Program-made: the position numbers and the translations under genes | Assembly (NCBI GenBank): GCA_963748215.1 | Contig: CAVVHS010000009.1 | Coordinates: forward strand, 352,001 to 416,000 | DNA: 64,000 nt | Origin: an uncultured Gammaproteobacteria bacterium | GTDB lineage: Bacteria; Pseudomonadota; Gammaproteobacteria; UBA9214 | Direction of reading: 5' to 3' | Notes under the pieces: model-generated | What the model was told of the DNA's origin: nothing | The model's database searches: none | Seen by the model: the letters and a program-made list of their open reading frames with translations, nothing else | Part shown: positions 1 through 10,239 of the stretch, piece after piece | How positions within the stretch are numbered: position 1 is the stretch's first letter | Layout of the letters: each line of letters opens with the position of its first letter

Positions 1-1
1 C

Positions 2-442
2 TGGTGGAGCCTCACCGACGGCGCCGCACCGTCATGGTGGATCGGTGTGCCGGCGGTGTTGCTTGCGGTTATTGCCAGCGTCGCGCTATTGCCACCTGCA
101 CCTTTAGTCTGGTACGAGTTGCTGAGGTTCGCGCCCTTTTTCCTCATGCGCTCCTTGCGTGGTGGTGCGGACGTGGCATGGTGCGCGTTTCATCCTGATA
201 TGCCCATTGCCCCTGACCTTATTGAATACCCGCTGCAGCTGCCGCCGGGATTGCCGCGGGTATTCATGGCCAACGCAGTCAATCTGCTGCCAGGCACTTT
301 GACCGCCGAACTCGGTGCGAATTGTTTGAAAGTGCATGTGCTGGACAGGCAGAAAGGTTTCCTAGCCGAGCTCGAGGCGGTGGAGCAAAGCGTGGCCCGG
401 ATATTCGCTATATCTATGAAGGTTTCTGGAGGAGGTGAATGA
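2..442 (+). CDS. mnhE: Na+/H+ antiporter subunit E (MnhE/MrpE), 5'-partial
   Basis: Frame open from position 2; MnhE-like motif MANAVNLLPGTLT...LKVHVLD; first gene of an mnh cluster. Confidence 0.85.
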   Translation, partial: WWSLTDGAAPSWWIGVPAVLLAVIASVALLPPAPLVWYELLRFAPFFLMRSLRGGADVAWCAFHPDMPIAPDLIEYPLQLPPGLPRVFMANAVNLLPGTLTAELGANCLKVHVLDRQKGFLAELEAVEQSVARIFAISMKVSGGGE

Positions 443-1427
443 AATGAAGCGATTCAAGGATATTCTTTGCGTGGTGGAAACCACGGCGGCATGCGAGCCT
501 GCGCTGGCGCGTGCCGTCACGCTGGCAGAGGACAACCAGGCCAGCCTGACGATCGTTGACGTGGCCGAGCGCGTTACAGCCGGCATCGGGATGCCGGATG
601 GTGGGCCGATATCTGTCGACCTGCAGGCCGCGACGGTGAGCGCGCATACGCAGGATCTGGAAACCCTGGTCGATCCTTACCGCAAACGGATCGAGATCCA
701 CACCAGGGTATTACTCGGTGTGCCTTTTCTGGAAATCATCCGCGAGGTACTGCGCAACGGACACGACCTGGTGATCAAAATCCCCGAAACATGGGATTGG
801 CTGGACCGGTTTTTCGGCAGCGATGATATGCACCTGCTGCGCAAGTGCCCCTGCCCGGTTTGGCTCATCAAGCCTCAGGCGCCGAAAGCCTACCGGCGTA
901 TTCTGGCGGCGGTTGATGTAGACGATGCGTACCCGCCGGCGGAGTTAGAATCACGACGCGCGCTGAACCGGCAGATTCTAGAAATGGCCAGTTCCCAGGC
1001 GCTGTCCGACTTCGCCGAGCTGCACATTGTGCATGCCTGGGATGCAATCGGCGAAAGTGCCATGCGCAGCGGGGCATTCATGAGTCGGCCAGAACACGAG
1101 GTCGACGCTTATGTCGAACAGGTGAGGCGGCAGCACACGGCCAATTTGGACGGGCTGATACGCGAGGTGACCAGCCATCTGGGGCAGGACGCCCTTAATT
1201 ATCTCAAGCCTCAAACGCATCTGGTGAAGGGATGGGCTCGCAAAGAGATACCGGCATTGGCCAAACGGATCGAGGCCGATCTTGTCGTCATGGGGACCGT
1301 GGCGCGCACCGGCGTTCCCGGATTCATCATGGGCAATACGGCGGAGACAATCCTCAACCAGATCGATTGCTCTGTGCTCGCGATCAAGCCGCCCGGCTTC
1401 ATCACGCCGGTCACGTTGGGGGGTTGA
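435..1427 (+). CDS. Universal stress protein, tandem Usp domains (UspE-like)
   Basis: LLRKCPCPVWLIK and ADLVVMGTVARTGVPGFIMGNTAETILNQIDCSVLAIKP Usp motifs. Confidence 0.92.
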   Translation: MNEMKRFKDILCVVETTAACEPALARAVTLAEDNQASLTIVDVAERVTAGIGMPDGGPISVDLQAATVSAHTQDLETLVDPYRKRIEIHTRVLLGVPFLEIIREVLRNGHDLVIKIPETWDWLDRFFGSDDMHLLRKCPCPVWLIKPQAPKAYRRILAAVDVDDAYPPAELESRRALNRQILEMASSQALSDFAELHIVHAWDAIGESAMRSGAFMSRPEHEVDAYVEQVRRQHTANLDGLIREVTSHLGQDALNYLKPQTHLVKGWARKEIPALAKRIEADLVVMGTVARTGVPGFIMGNTAETILNQIDCSVLAIKPPGFITPVTLGG

Positions 1428-1433
1428 ACACAC

Positions 1434-1712
1434 GTGCAGATCCTTTACCTTGCATTGGCATTGTTTCTGCTGCTGAATCTCGGCGCAGGAATGTGGCGCG
1501 TGCTGCGCGGCCCGACTGCCGCCGATCGTATGCTGGCCGCGCAGTTATTTGGTACCACTGCGGTGGCCGTGCTACTGCTGCTGGCGCAGGCGACTGGAAA
1601 TGCAGCCTTGCGCGATGTGGCTCTGGTGTTCGCCCTGTTGGCCGCGGTCACGGCGGTGGCCTTCGTGCGGCGCGCCTGGCCGGATCAGGGGGTGGACCAT
1701 GATTCCGAGTGA
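1434..1712 (+). CDS. mnhF: Monovalent cation/H+ antiporter subunit F
   Basis: RVLRGPTAADRMLA motif; 92-aa hydrophobic protein. Confidence 0.9.
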   Translation: MQILYLALALFLLLNLGAGMWRVLRGPTAADRMLAAQLFGTTAVAVLLLLAQATGNAALRDVALVFALLAAVTAVAFVRRAWPDQGVDHDSE

Positions 1713-2000
1713 TTATCCTCTCCGCGGCACTGCTGATCATCCGGGGCCGTCTTCTTTCTGGCCGGCACCCTGGGCCTGCTGCGCTTTCCCGATGTGTATA
1801 CCCGCCTTCACGCCCTGACCAAGGCCGACAATGTTGGTCTGGGTCTTATGATAGCGGGGCTGGCCGTGCAGGCGGAATCATGGGCGGTGGTGGGCAAGCT
1901 GCTGCTGATCTGGGTCTTGGTGTTGCTTGCCGGAGCCAGTGTTGCCCATCTGGTCGCCAGGGGGGCATTGCAGAGGGGAATACAGCTGTGGAGACGCTGA
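1699..2000 (+). CDS. mnhG: Monovalent cation/H+ antiporter subunit G (frameshifted near the 5' end, likely sequence error)
   Basis: Joining frames gives FFLAGTLGLLRFPDVYTRLHALTKADNVGLG, the MnhG signature. Confidence 0.85.
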
Positions 2001-2281
2001 CCCTGTTGGCATGGACGTTCGATAGCCTGTTGGGATTGGGATTGTTGTGGTTGGCCTGGCGGGCGTTGGCCTGCCCGGATCTGTTCAGGGCCATAGTGTT
2101 GTTCGTCGCCTTTGGCCTGCTGATGGCACTGGCCTGGGCGCGCCTGGATGCGCCGGATATCGCCCTGGCGGAGGCGGCCATCGGTGCAGGACTCACGGGT
2201 GCCTTGTTGATGGCGGCGCTGGCGCGTCTCAATCGCGCCGATCGGGAACAATGGAAACAAAAACAGCACGATGAGCAATAA
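1988..2281 (+). CDS. DUF4040 / MrpA C-terminal-like subunit
   Basis: GTG start at 1988; LDAPDIALAEAAIGAGLTG motif. Confidence 0.85.
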   Translation: METLTLLAWTFDSLLGLGLLWLAWRALACPDLFRAIVLFVAFGLLMALAWARLDAPDIALAEAAIGAGLTGALLMAALARLNRADREQWKQKQHDEQ

Positions 2282-2750
2282 GAGAACGATGCATCGCGGC
2301 TCAACACAACACCTCTATACGGGAAAATCAACAATGATTGGCTATCTGAAAAAATTCGAGCGCGTGGTTGTCGGGGCATTGCTCCTGATGCTGGCGCTGG
2401 TGGTGTTTCTGTCGGTAGTGGAGCTGGGCTGGGTATTGATCAAGTATATAGCTACGCCCCCGCGATTCATTCTTGAAATCAGGCAATTGCTGGAACTGTT
2501 TGGACTGTTTCTCCTGGTCCTGATTGGTATCGAGTTGCTGGAAACCATAAAGAAATACTACACGGAAGGCCGGGTGGACCTGGATGTGATCATTGCCGTC
2601 GCCCTGATCGCACTTAGCCGCAAGATTATCACTGTGGATCCGAAGGAATATGATCCCCTTACCTTGGTCGGAATGGCGGCCATCATCCTGGCGTTGGTGC
2701 TGGGTTACTGGATCGCAAAGAAGACAAACCGAGACGCACAAAATGCATGA
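2271..2750 (+). CDS. Phosphate-starvation-inducible PsiE family membrane protein
   Basis: LLVLIGIELLETIK...VALIALSRKIITVD PsiE pattern; true start may be ATG 2334. Confidence 0.8.
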   Translation: MSNKRTMHRGSTQHLYTGKSTMIGYLKKFERVVVGALLLMLALVVFLSVVELGWVLIKYIATPPRFILEIRQLLELFGLFLLVLIGIELLETIKKYYTEGRVDLDVIIAVALIALSRKIITVDPKEYDPLTLVGMAAIILALVLGYWIAKKTNRDAQNA

Positions 2751-3447
2751 CAAGACGGCACGGCTGACAACCGATGAATACACACAGGTCGCGCCGGTGG
2801 TTCGCCTGGTGATTGCGCTACTGGTCTCGGCGGTTGCTGCAGGGCTGGCTTATGCCGTGTCGTCATTACCGCTGGTCACCACGGGTTTGCAGGAAGCTGT
2901 TGCAGAGCAAATGGCGCTGAGCGGGGTCAGCCATCCGGTGACCGCAGTGCTGCTCAACTTCCGCGGCTATGACACATTACTCGAGATGGGCGTATTGCTG
3001 CTGGCGCTGGTGGGCGTCTGGTCGCTGGGCTCGGCACCATCGAGTCGCGAACCCTCGCCGGGTGCCGTGCTGGAATTTCTCGCCCGGTTCTTTGCCCCGC
3101 TGATGATCCTGATAGCCGGTTATCTGCTTTGGGCCGGTGCCCATGCACCAGGTGGCGCCTTTCAGGCGGGGGCGGTGCTGGGCGCCAGCGGCGTACTGCT
3201 GCTGTTATCGGGCTGGCATCTGCCTGCGTCGCTGGCGGGCTGGCCGCTGCGCTTGACGTTGGTTGCGGGCCTGGCGGTGTTCGCCGCAGTGGCGGCAGGT
3301 GTCATGTGGACAGGGGCATCGCTGCTGGAGTATCCGCCGCAATGGGCTGGCGGCCTGATCCTGCTGATCGAGGCGGCAGCAACCCTGTCCATCGGCGCGA
3401 CCCTGGCGGCCCTGTTTCTGGGCGGACGGCCGGAGGATCGTCCGTGA
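2743..3447 (+). CDS. mnhB: Na+/H+ antiporter subunit B (MnhB domain)
   Basis: VTAVLLNFRGYDTLLE and GAHAPGGAFQAG motifs. Confidence 0.9.
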   Translation: MHDKTARLTTDEYTQVAPVVRLVIALLVSAVAAGLAYAVSSLPLVTTGLQEAVAEQMALSGVSHPVTAVLLNFRGYDTLLEMGVLLLALVGVWSLGSAPSSREPSPGAVLEFLARFFAPLMILIAGYLLWAGAHAPGGAFQAGAVLGASGVLLLLSGWHLPASLAGWPLRLTLVAGLAVFAAVAAGVMWTGASLLEYPPQWAGGLILLIEAAATLSIGATLAALFLGGRPEDRP

Positions 3448-3752
3448 CACCTGCGTTGCTCTATGCGCTGACCGGGTTGGGGCTCTTTTCCCTGGGCCTT
3501 TATGCCTTGATTGTTCATGCCCACCTGTTGCGCAAGATCCTGGCGCTGAACGTCATGGGCAGCGGCGTATTTCTGGTGCTTGGCGGACTGGCACGCCGCG
3601 TGCCGCAGGGGGCGCCAGACCCGGTGCCGCAGGCGATGGTGATCACCGGCATCGTGGTGGCGGTGGCGGCCACCGCCCTGGCCCTGGTGCTGATGTTGCG
3701 CGTGCGGGCGGCCACTGGCCGCACCGTGTTGCCCGACGGACAAAGTGACTAG
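3444..3752 (+). CDS. mnhC: Na+/H+ antiporter subunit C
   Basis: PDPVPQAMVITGIVV motif; GTGA overlap with the mnhB stop. Confidence 0.9.
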   Translation: MTPALLYALTGLGLFSLGLYALIVHAHLLRKILALNVMGSGVFLVLGGLARRVPQGAPDPVPQAMVITGIVVAVAATALALVLMLRVRAATGRTVLPDGQSD

Positions 3753-5224
3753 CCCAATGGAACAAACCACTATCGCCCTCACCTGGAGCGTCGTGCTCAT
3801 CCTGTTGCCGCTAGCGGGGGCCCTGCTGGCTTTTTTGTTCCGGCGCGTAGCCACTTTAATCGGTATCGGCACCGCAGTAGCGACGAGCTTCACCGCTGTG
3901 GCACTAGCCCGGGCGGTGATTATGGACGGCACAGTGCATCACGCCGTCGGCGGCTGGGGCGCACCGCTCGGCATTGATCTGCGTGCGGATGGCCTGAGTG
4001 TGCTGATGCTGCTCATGACCGCCGCAGTCGGTCTGGCGATCAGCCTCTATGCACCGGCTTATTTCCGGGACGAGTCGCGCAAGGCAGAACAATTCTGGCC
4101 ACTGTGGCTGTTCTTGTGGACGGGACTGAATGCGCTGTTTCTGTCCGCCGACATCTTCAACCTCTATGTCACCCTGGAGTTGCTGGGCCTGGCGGCGGTG
4201 GCGCTCACTGCACTGTCCGGTCGGGCCGATGCCTTGACCGGCGCCATGCGTTATCTGCTGGCTACGCTGCTGGGGTCGCTCCTGTACCTGCTTGGCGTCG
4301 CGCTGCTCTATCACGGCTTTGGCAGCGTTGACATCGCGATACTTGCCGTGCGGGTCGAGCCCTCTCCAGTGGTCTGGGCCGCGTTGGGGCTGATGAGTGC
4401 CGGCCTGTTGCTCAAGACAGCACTTTTCCCGTTGCATTTCTGGCTGCCGCCGGCCCATGCCAGCGCCCCTGCACCCGTGAGTGCGTTGCTGTCAGCGCTG
4501 GTGGTGAAAGCCTCTTTCTATATCCTGCTGCGTTTGTGGCTGGAGATCTTCGGTACCCTCGGCGAGGGCGTCGACACACTGTTCGGCCTGCTCGGTGCTG
4601 TGGCCATACTCTGGGGCTCCTTGCAGGCCTTGCGCCAGACCCGGCTGAAGCTGCTCATCGCCTATTCCACCGTAGCGCAGCTCGGCTACCTGTTCCTGGC
4701 ATTTCCGCTGGCGGTCACCGCCGGGGCTGCTGCCTGGAGCGCGGCCGCGTACCTGGCGCTTTCTCACGCCCTGGCGAAGGCGGCCATGTTTCTGGCGGCC
4801 GGCAATCTGTTGCGCTTTGGCGGCCATGACCGCATCGCGGACCTGGATCGGGTGGTGCAGCGTCTGCCGCTCACCACCGGCGCCTTCGCGCTGGCCGGGG
4901 TGAGCATCATGGGCCTGCCGCCGAGCGGAGGTTTTATCGGTAAGTGGCTGCTCCTTGAGACGGCCCTGGCACAGGGACGATGGGACCTCGCGGCGGTGCA
5001 TGATCCTCGGCGGTTTGCTGGCGGCGGGCTATATTTTCAAGGTGCTGGGGCACGCCTTTACCCAGGCGCCTGAAACACACGAGCCAATTGAAGTGCCCGC
5101 CAGCATGGAATGGGCGGCGCTGTTGCTCGCGATGGGGGCGGTGCTGCTGGGCTTTCTGGCCGTTCCTGTGTTGTCGCTGATTGGCATCGGCGACCCATTC
5201 GGCGCCGGTGAGGTCATGCCATGA
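3745..5224 (+). CDS. mnhD: Proton-conducting antiporter subunit D-like (frameshift near 5000)
   Basis: DIFNLYVTLELL, KTALFPLHFWLP, GLPPSGGFIGKW; C-terminus continues in ORF 4955..5224. Confidence 0.85.
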
Positions 5225-6720
5225 ACTGGGATGCGTGGATTCCTCTCCTGGTAATTGCAAGCTCTCTGCTGCCGGGTTTGATCATCTTCGGTCTGGCAGA
5301 AGACCGGGTACGTACACGCACGCTGCTCAACCTGCTTGGGGCCTCGGTCAAACTCGCATTGGTAGGCTGGATGCTGTGGGGTGTCTACCACGGGCATCAT
5401 TTCGAAACGCGGCTGGCACTGTTACCGGATCTGGAACTGGTGCTGCGTGCTGGCCCACTGTCGCTGTTGTTCGTCACCCTGTCCACCGGGCTCTGGCTGG
5501 TCACTACGGTCTATGCGATCGGCTACCTGGAAGGCTCGCCCCATCGCAGCCGTTTCTTCGGCTTTTTCAACCTGTGCGTAACCGCCACTGTTGGCGTGGC
5601 CCTGTCCGGCAACCTGATCACCTTCCTGGTGTTCTACGAGCTGTTGACCCTGGCCACCTACCCGCTGGTCGTGCATCGCGGCACGGAAGCGGCTCGCCTT
5701 GCCGGGCAGACCTATCTTGCCTACACCATCTTCGGTGGCGCCTTGCTGTTGTTGGGAACTGTGTGGCTCTACACCTTGACGGGTACCCTGGAATTTACCC
5801 CGCGGGGTTTTCTTGAGGGTGTGGAGGAAGGGCATCGCCCGGCGCTGGTGGTCATCTTCGCCCTGCTGATCGCCGGATTCGGCGTGAAGGCGGCGCTGGT
5901 GCCGCTGCATGGCTGGCTGCCAAAGGCCATGGTCGCCCCGGCACCGGTCAGCGCCCTGCTGCATGCGGTGGCTGTGGTGAAGGCCGGCGCGTTCGGCATC
6001 GTGCGTGTGGTCTATGACGTGTTCGGGGTGGAGTATGCCGCCGGACTGGGTGTCACCGGTCCGTTGGCGGTCGTGGCCGCCGTGACGATTATCTACGGAT
6101 CGCTGCGTGCCCTGTTTCAGGATGATCTGAAGCGCAGGCTGGCCTTCTCGACAGTGAGTCAGGTGTCCTACATTGTCCTGGGTGTCGCCATTGTCGGACC
6201 GGTCGCTACCATCGGCGGCGTGGTGCACCTGGTGCACCAGGGCGTGATGAAAATCACTTTGTTTTTCTGCGCGGGTAATCTGGCCGAGACCCTGGGGATT
6301 CACAAGATCAGCGAGATGAACGGCGTGGGCCGGCGCATGCCCTGGACCATGGCGGCGTTTACTGTCGGTGCCTTCGGCATGATGGGTGTGCCGCCGATTG
6401 CCGGATTCATTAGCAAATGGTATCTGGGTCTGGGCGCGCTGGAGGCCGGCCAGGGCTGGGTGATCTTCGTGCTGGCCGGCAGCAGCCTGCTCAATGCCGC
6501 CTATTTCCTGCCCATACTGCATGCGGCCTGGTTCAGGGAGCCTCCGGTTGTCTGGCCGGAGGAGCACGACTTTGGCCGCAAGGAGACTGCCTGGGCGCTG
6601 TTGCTGCCACCGCTGATTACGGCAGTCATGGCCCTGGGCGTGGGGCTGTTGGCCTCGGTGCCCTTCAGTCCGCTGGAGTGGTCAAAACTGATAGCGGCAC
6701 GGGAGTTTTACCGGCCATGA
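5221..6720 (+). CDS. mnhD: Monovalent cation/H+ antiporter subunit D family protein (second copy)
   Basis: FLVFYELLT, KAALVPLHGWLPKAMVAPAPVSALLH, DDLKRRLAFST. Confidence 0.9.
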   Translation: MNWDAWIPLLVIASSLLPGLIIFGLAEDRVRTRTLLNLLGASVKLALVGWMLWGVYHGHHFETRLALLPDLELVLRAGPLSLLFVTLSTGLWLVTTVYAIGYLEGSPHRSRFFGFFNLCVTATVGVALSGNLITFLVFYELLTLATYPLVVHRGTEAARLAGQTYLAYTIFGGALLLLGTVWLYTLTGTLEFTPRGFLEGVEEGHRPALVVIFALLIAGFGVKAALVPLHGWLPKAMVAPAPVSALLHAVAVVKAGAFGIVRVVYDVFGVEYAAGLGVTGPLAVVAAVTIIYGSLRALFQDDLKRRLAFSTVSQVSYIVLGVAIVGPVATIGGVVHLVHQGVMKITLFFCAGNLAETLGIHKISEMNGVGRRMPWTMAAFTVGAFGMMGVPPIAGFISKWYLGLGALEAGQGWVIFVLAGSSLLNAAYFLPILHAAWFREPPVVWPEEHDFGRKETAWALLLPPLITAVMALGVGLLASVPFSPLEWSKLIAAREFYRP

Positions 6721-8444
6721 TCGAGGTAACAACCTCTCTGGCCTTGTTGCTGGCTGTGACCTGGCCGCTGCTGTTGGCTGTGGGGTTGGCTTTCGGCGCC
6801 ACGCGCTCTGTGGCCTTAAGACTCGTGCCCTGGGCGGCGTTGCCGGCGCTGGCGACGGTGGCAACGCTCGCCGATACCGGGCTGCGGCTCCCCGGTGCCA
6901 TGCTGGGCAGTGCGCTGGTACTCGATGGAATGGGGCGGGTGTTCCTGCTGTTGAGCGCCTTCCTCTGGCTGGCAACCGGATTGCTCGCGCGTCCCCAACT
7001 GCATAACGCCGGGGCTAACCGCTTCGCTGTTCTGCTGCTGCTTGCCATGACGGGCGCATTTGGTCTGGCGCTGGCGGCCGACGCCCTGTTGTTTTTCACC
7101 GCAGCCACCCTGGCAGGCTATGCCCTGTACGGCCTGCTGGTCCACGAGGCGAATGTCTCAGCGCAGAAGGCGGGCAGGGTGCTGGTGGTGCTGCTCGTGG
7201 TGAGCGATCTTCTGGTGTTTGAACTGCTGTTGATGCTGGGCCAGGCGGCGGGGAGTGTTGATTTCCCGTCCCTGCGCCAGGCTTTCGTGGACTCTGGCAA
7301 CCAGGGGCTGATGCTCGGGCTGTTGATTGTCGGCTTTGGGATCAAAACAGGTGTCGTTGGGGTGCATTTCTGGCTGGCGCCGGTTTTCGTGACCTCGGTA
7401 ACGGCGGTACGCCCGGCGCTGATCAGCTTCATATTCAGTGCCGGGCTGCTGGGCTGGTTGCGTTTGCTGCCGCTTGGTGACATACACGATATACACTGGA
7501 CCGTTGCGGGAGCCGTGCTGCAGTGGCTGGCGTGGGTTACGCTGGGGTACGCCGTCTTCGTGGGTCTGTTGCAGGCCCATTTTCGCTCGGTACTGGCTTA
7601 TGCCGCCATTGCCCTGTCCGGGTTTTGGGTAGCGACGCTGGGGTCGGCCTTGCTGTACCCGCAGGCCTGGAACGGGATGGCCGAGTCGACACATGCTGCC
7701 GTTCTCCAGTCGGGATTCGCCCTTGCCGCTTTGCTGCTGCTCGATTGGCGTACAGGCGGTTGTGCCCCGGTATGGCTGTGTCGTATGTCAACTGGCGTGA
7801 TGTGGTTGGCCACTCTGTTATTGGCGGCCGCACCCGTGGGCATCACTGGGTTCCTGTCGAAGGTCGATGGCATGGCGGCGGTGCAGATGTCCTGTGCGAC
7901 GGCTGCTATCGCCTTCCTTGTCATTCGCGGCCTGCTGCTGATTGGTCCCCCCGGCCAGGGTGCTCGCGACATGAGTACTTCCCTGTACGTCATGCAGCAA
8001 CCCGCGCAAGCGCCCACGACAACGTCCCTGCTGGTGGCCGGGGGGCTGGCGGCAGCGGCCTTGCTGGCTGCGGCATACAACCTGGCCGGGCTATCACTTT
8101 CCGAACTGTTGCGTCCCGCCATGGTGGTGTCAGCTGCCGCGCTGGTAGCGTGGCTGAGCGCTGAAAGGCGCGTGCCGCGCCTGACGACTCTTCCTCCAGG
8201 TGATCTGTTGGTGCCCATCAGCCGCGGTTTGTCTCAAGCCCTCACCTTTGTCCGCCGCTTGGCCGACGAGCAATTGCCACGTTGGTGCGATGCGTGGTTG
8301 GTCTCGTTGGGACGGCCCTGGTCCAATGTGGATTGGAGGGGGATGGTCGAACGGATCGACTTCGGGCTTACTCGCTGGCGGACCGTGTTGGTGGTTCTCT
8401 TGCTGCTGGGTCTGATGGTGGCCTGGTGCGGTAGAAACGGATAA
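6717..8444 (+). CDS. Divergent complex I subunit 5 / MrpD-like membrane protein
   Basis: ATGA overlap with the upstream gene; GFGIKTGVVGVHFWLAP motif; highly hydrophobic. Confidence 0.75.
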   Translation: MIEVTTSLALLLAVTWPLLLAVGLAFGATRSVALRLVPWAALPALATVATLADTGLRLPGAMLGSALVLDGMGRVFLLLSAFLWLATGLLARPQLHNAGANRFAVLLLLAMTGAFGLALAADALLFFTAATLAGYALYGLLVHEANVSAQKAGRVLVVLLVVSDLLVFELLLMLGQAAGSVDFPSLRQAFVDSGNQGLMLGLLIVGFGIKTGVVGVHFWLAPVFVTSVTAVRPALISFIFSAGLLGWLRLLPLGDIHDIHWTVAGAVLQWLAWVTLGYAVFVGLLQAHFRSVLAYAAIALSGFWVATLGSALLYPQAWNGMAESTHAAVLQSGFALAALLLLDWRTGGCAPVWLCRMSTGVMWLATLLLAAAPVGITGFLSKVDGMAAVQMSCATAAIAFLVIRGLLLIGPPGQGARDMSTSLYVMQQPAQAPTTTSLLVAGGLAAAALLAAAYNLAGLSLSELLRPAMVVSAAALVAWLSAERRVPRLTTLPPGDLLVPISRGLSQALTFVRRLADEQLPRWCDAWLVSLGRPWSNVDWRGMVERIDFGLTRWRTVLVVLLLLGLMVAWCGRNG

Positions 8445-8514
8445 ATCTCACGGTCGTGTCAGACGTTCAAGCCATAGTGCGAACCGCGCTCTCTATGCGG
8501 GCAGACTGCGTCCC

Positions 8515-8825
8515 GGGTGTTTATGGCGTATTCATAAGTATGCCGCCGATTGGAAAGGCAGAAATCCCTGCGGGGATTTTGCGGGACTCGGTTGTGCATT
8601 GTTATGCATCGTGGTGCACAGTGTGCAACGGGCGCCACGGTAAGTTATTGAAGTGAAAGGCTGAAAAATCGCCTTTCTGTCCATTTAATCCGATGGTCGT
8701 TGGTTCGAGCCGAGGACGACGCAGTCGGCCGAAACAACTGCGTCGCATCAGCGACGCTGACCCCGAAGGGGCGAGAGCGCAGCCCGAGTAATCCTTCACG
8801 ACCCACCCTTTAATCAAGTTAGTAA
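8515..8825 (+). repeat. att-like repeat copy 1: GCGGGA direct repeats + IHF-like site + tRNA-Lys 3' half with 82-nt T-loop insert
   Basis: TTTAATCCGATGGTCGTTGGTTCG[8708-8789]AATCCTTCACGACCCACC; homologous to the copies at 10.2, 23.4, 48.5 and 56.5 kb. Confidence 0.9.
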
Positions 8826-9021
8826 CAGCTAGATTTCAGCGCTCTTTTCATGTAGACGTTATATAGCCGAGTTACCCACCGACAGGCGTGACTGGCGGAA
8901 CAGAACCAGAACTCGAACATCGAGATACCACTCCATGCGAATGATTCACAGACAGGGAGTCATATAACCCGAAACGTTCATGAGGTAGTGTAACGTGGAG
9001 CAAAATGTTGGAGGTACTGGA

Positions 9022-10137
9022 ATGACCAGGTGCTGGATAACAGTAGTCGGATTGGCGCTGCTCACCTGCGGTGTCGCCGCCGCGCAGGATGCTGCAGTGC
9101 TTGAGAGTGACAAGGCACGGCTAAGTTACACCCTCGGCATGAATTTCGGGAACCGGCTCCAGGACCAGTCGATGGCGGTGGACTCAGAATTCAGCATTCA
9201 GGAATTCAGGGATGCCCCGACCGGCGGCAAGACGCTGCTGACCGAAGCGGATGTACAAAGCATCCACGCCGGACAGCCAGCCAAGCTGAAGCAGCAGCAG
9301 AATGCCTTGCAGGACGACAAACGGTTACTGAATAAACAGACAGGGGAAGCGTTTCTTGTCGCAAACAAGGACACGGAGGGCGTCATAACCCTCAAGAGCG
9401 GTCTGCAATACAAGATCCTCGAGGCTGGTCATGGCGACAAGCCCACCCGCGATGACACGGTCGTAGTCCACTACCGTGGGGCCCTGGTCGACGGGTCCGA
9501 GTTCGATAGTAGCTACCAGCGTGGCCAGCCGGCGACCTTCGCCGTCAATCAGGTCATCCGGGGCTGGGGTGAAGCCCTGCAACTGATGCCGGTAGGATCG
9601 AAGTGGCAGCTCTTCATTCCTCCGCACCTTGCCTACGGCACGCGCGGCACGGGCCACCAGATCGGTCCCAACGCGACACTGATTTTCGAGGTGGAACTGC
9701 TTGCCATTAAAGGTCCGCCTGGCGGAGCTGCCCGGGTCCCTGCAAGCATCGATACGGCTGCCGTGACCGATAATCTCACGGATATCCAGGCATCGTTCAA
9801 GCTGGACCCGCGACTCACCCGGAGTTTGTACATGGGCGAGCGCTGGGTTACGCCGCCCACCTTTGCCAGTACTCACCATGCGGGGGATGAGTACACGCTG
9901 GAGTTGCGGGTACATGGTATCGATGACCGGGGTCGGCGCATTCCAGTCGATCCCGAGTGGATACCCTCCGACCCTGATATGGTGGTCTTGTCCTCCGTAC
10001 GGGGTGATAAGATCAAAATAACCGTGAAGCATGCCGGGGTGAGCACGCTGAACGTGTCGGCGCTCGGATTTACCAAGAAATTGCTCATCAAGGCGACAAA
10101 TGTTGGTAATGCCATTCAGGTAGAAATATCCCAGTAA
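9022..10137 (+). CDS. FKBP-type peptidyl-prolyl isomerase (FkpA/Mip-like) with an extra C-terminal domain
   Basis: Signal peptide, SGLQYKIL, VHYRGALVDGSEFDSSY, IGPNATLIFEVELL; GGAGG RBS at 9010. Confidence 0.9.
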   Translation: MTRCWITVVGLALLTCGVAAAQDAAVLESDKARLSYTLGMNFGNRLQDQSMAVDSEFSIQEFRDAPTGGKTLLTEADVQSIHAGQPAKLKQQQNALQDDKRLLNKQTGEAFLVANKDTEGVITLKSGLQYKILEAGHGDKPTRDDTVVVHYRGALVDGSEFDSSYQRGQPATFAVNQVIRGWGEALQLMPVGSKWQLFIPPHLAYGTRGTGHQIGPNATLIFEVELLAIKGPPGGAARVPASIDTAAVTDNLTDIQASFKLDPRLTRSLYMGERWVTPPTFASTHHAGDEYTLELRVHGIDDRGRRIPVDPEWIPSDPDMVVLSSVRGDKIKITVKHAGVSTLNVSALGFTKKLLIKATNVGNAIQVEISQ

Positions 10138-10166
10138 CAGGATTGGTCAGCAGTGCAGGTTGCACC

Positions 10167-10238
10167 GTGTGTATTGCGAATTGCTGTTCAGGCGGCTTCG
10201 GCAGCTGGTAAAGACAGTGGCCATGAGATTTCCGACTG
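10167..10238 (-). mobile_element. Right-end fragment of an rve-type IS
   Basis: Similar to the IS ends at 18639 and 36760 (tgtgt..gcgaattg...caggc...atgagatttcc). Confidence 0.6.
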
Positions 10239-10239
10239 G

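Noticed and set aside
5422-6567. Long antisense ORFs (also 31004-32044, 39447-40637, 44783-46036, 58524-59513)
   Set aside because: Shadow ORFs of GC-rich genes on the opposite strand with no recognisable motifs.
8682-8807. Functional tRNA genes at the five repeats
   Set aside because: The acceptor 5' strand and D-arm are absent and the T-loop is interrupted, so these are fragments only.
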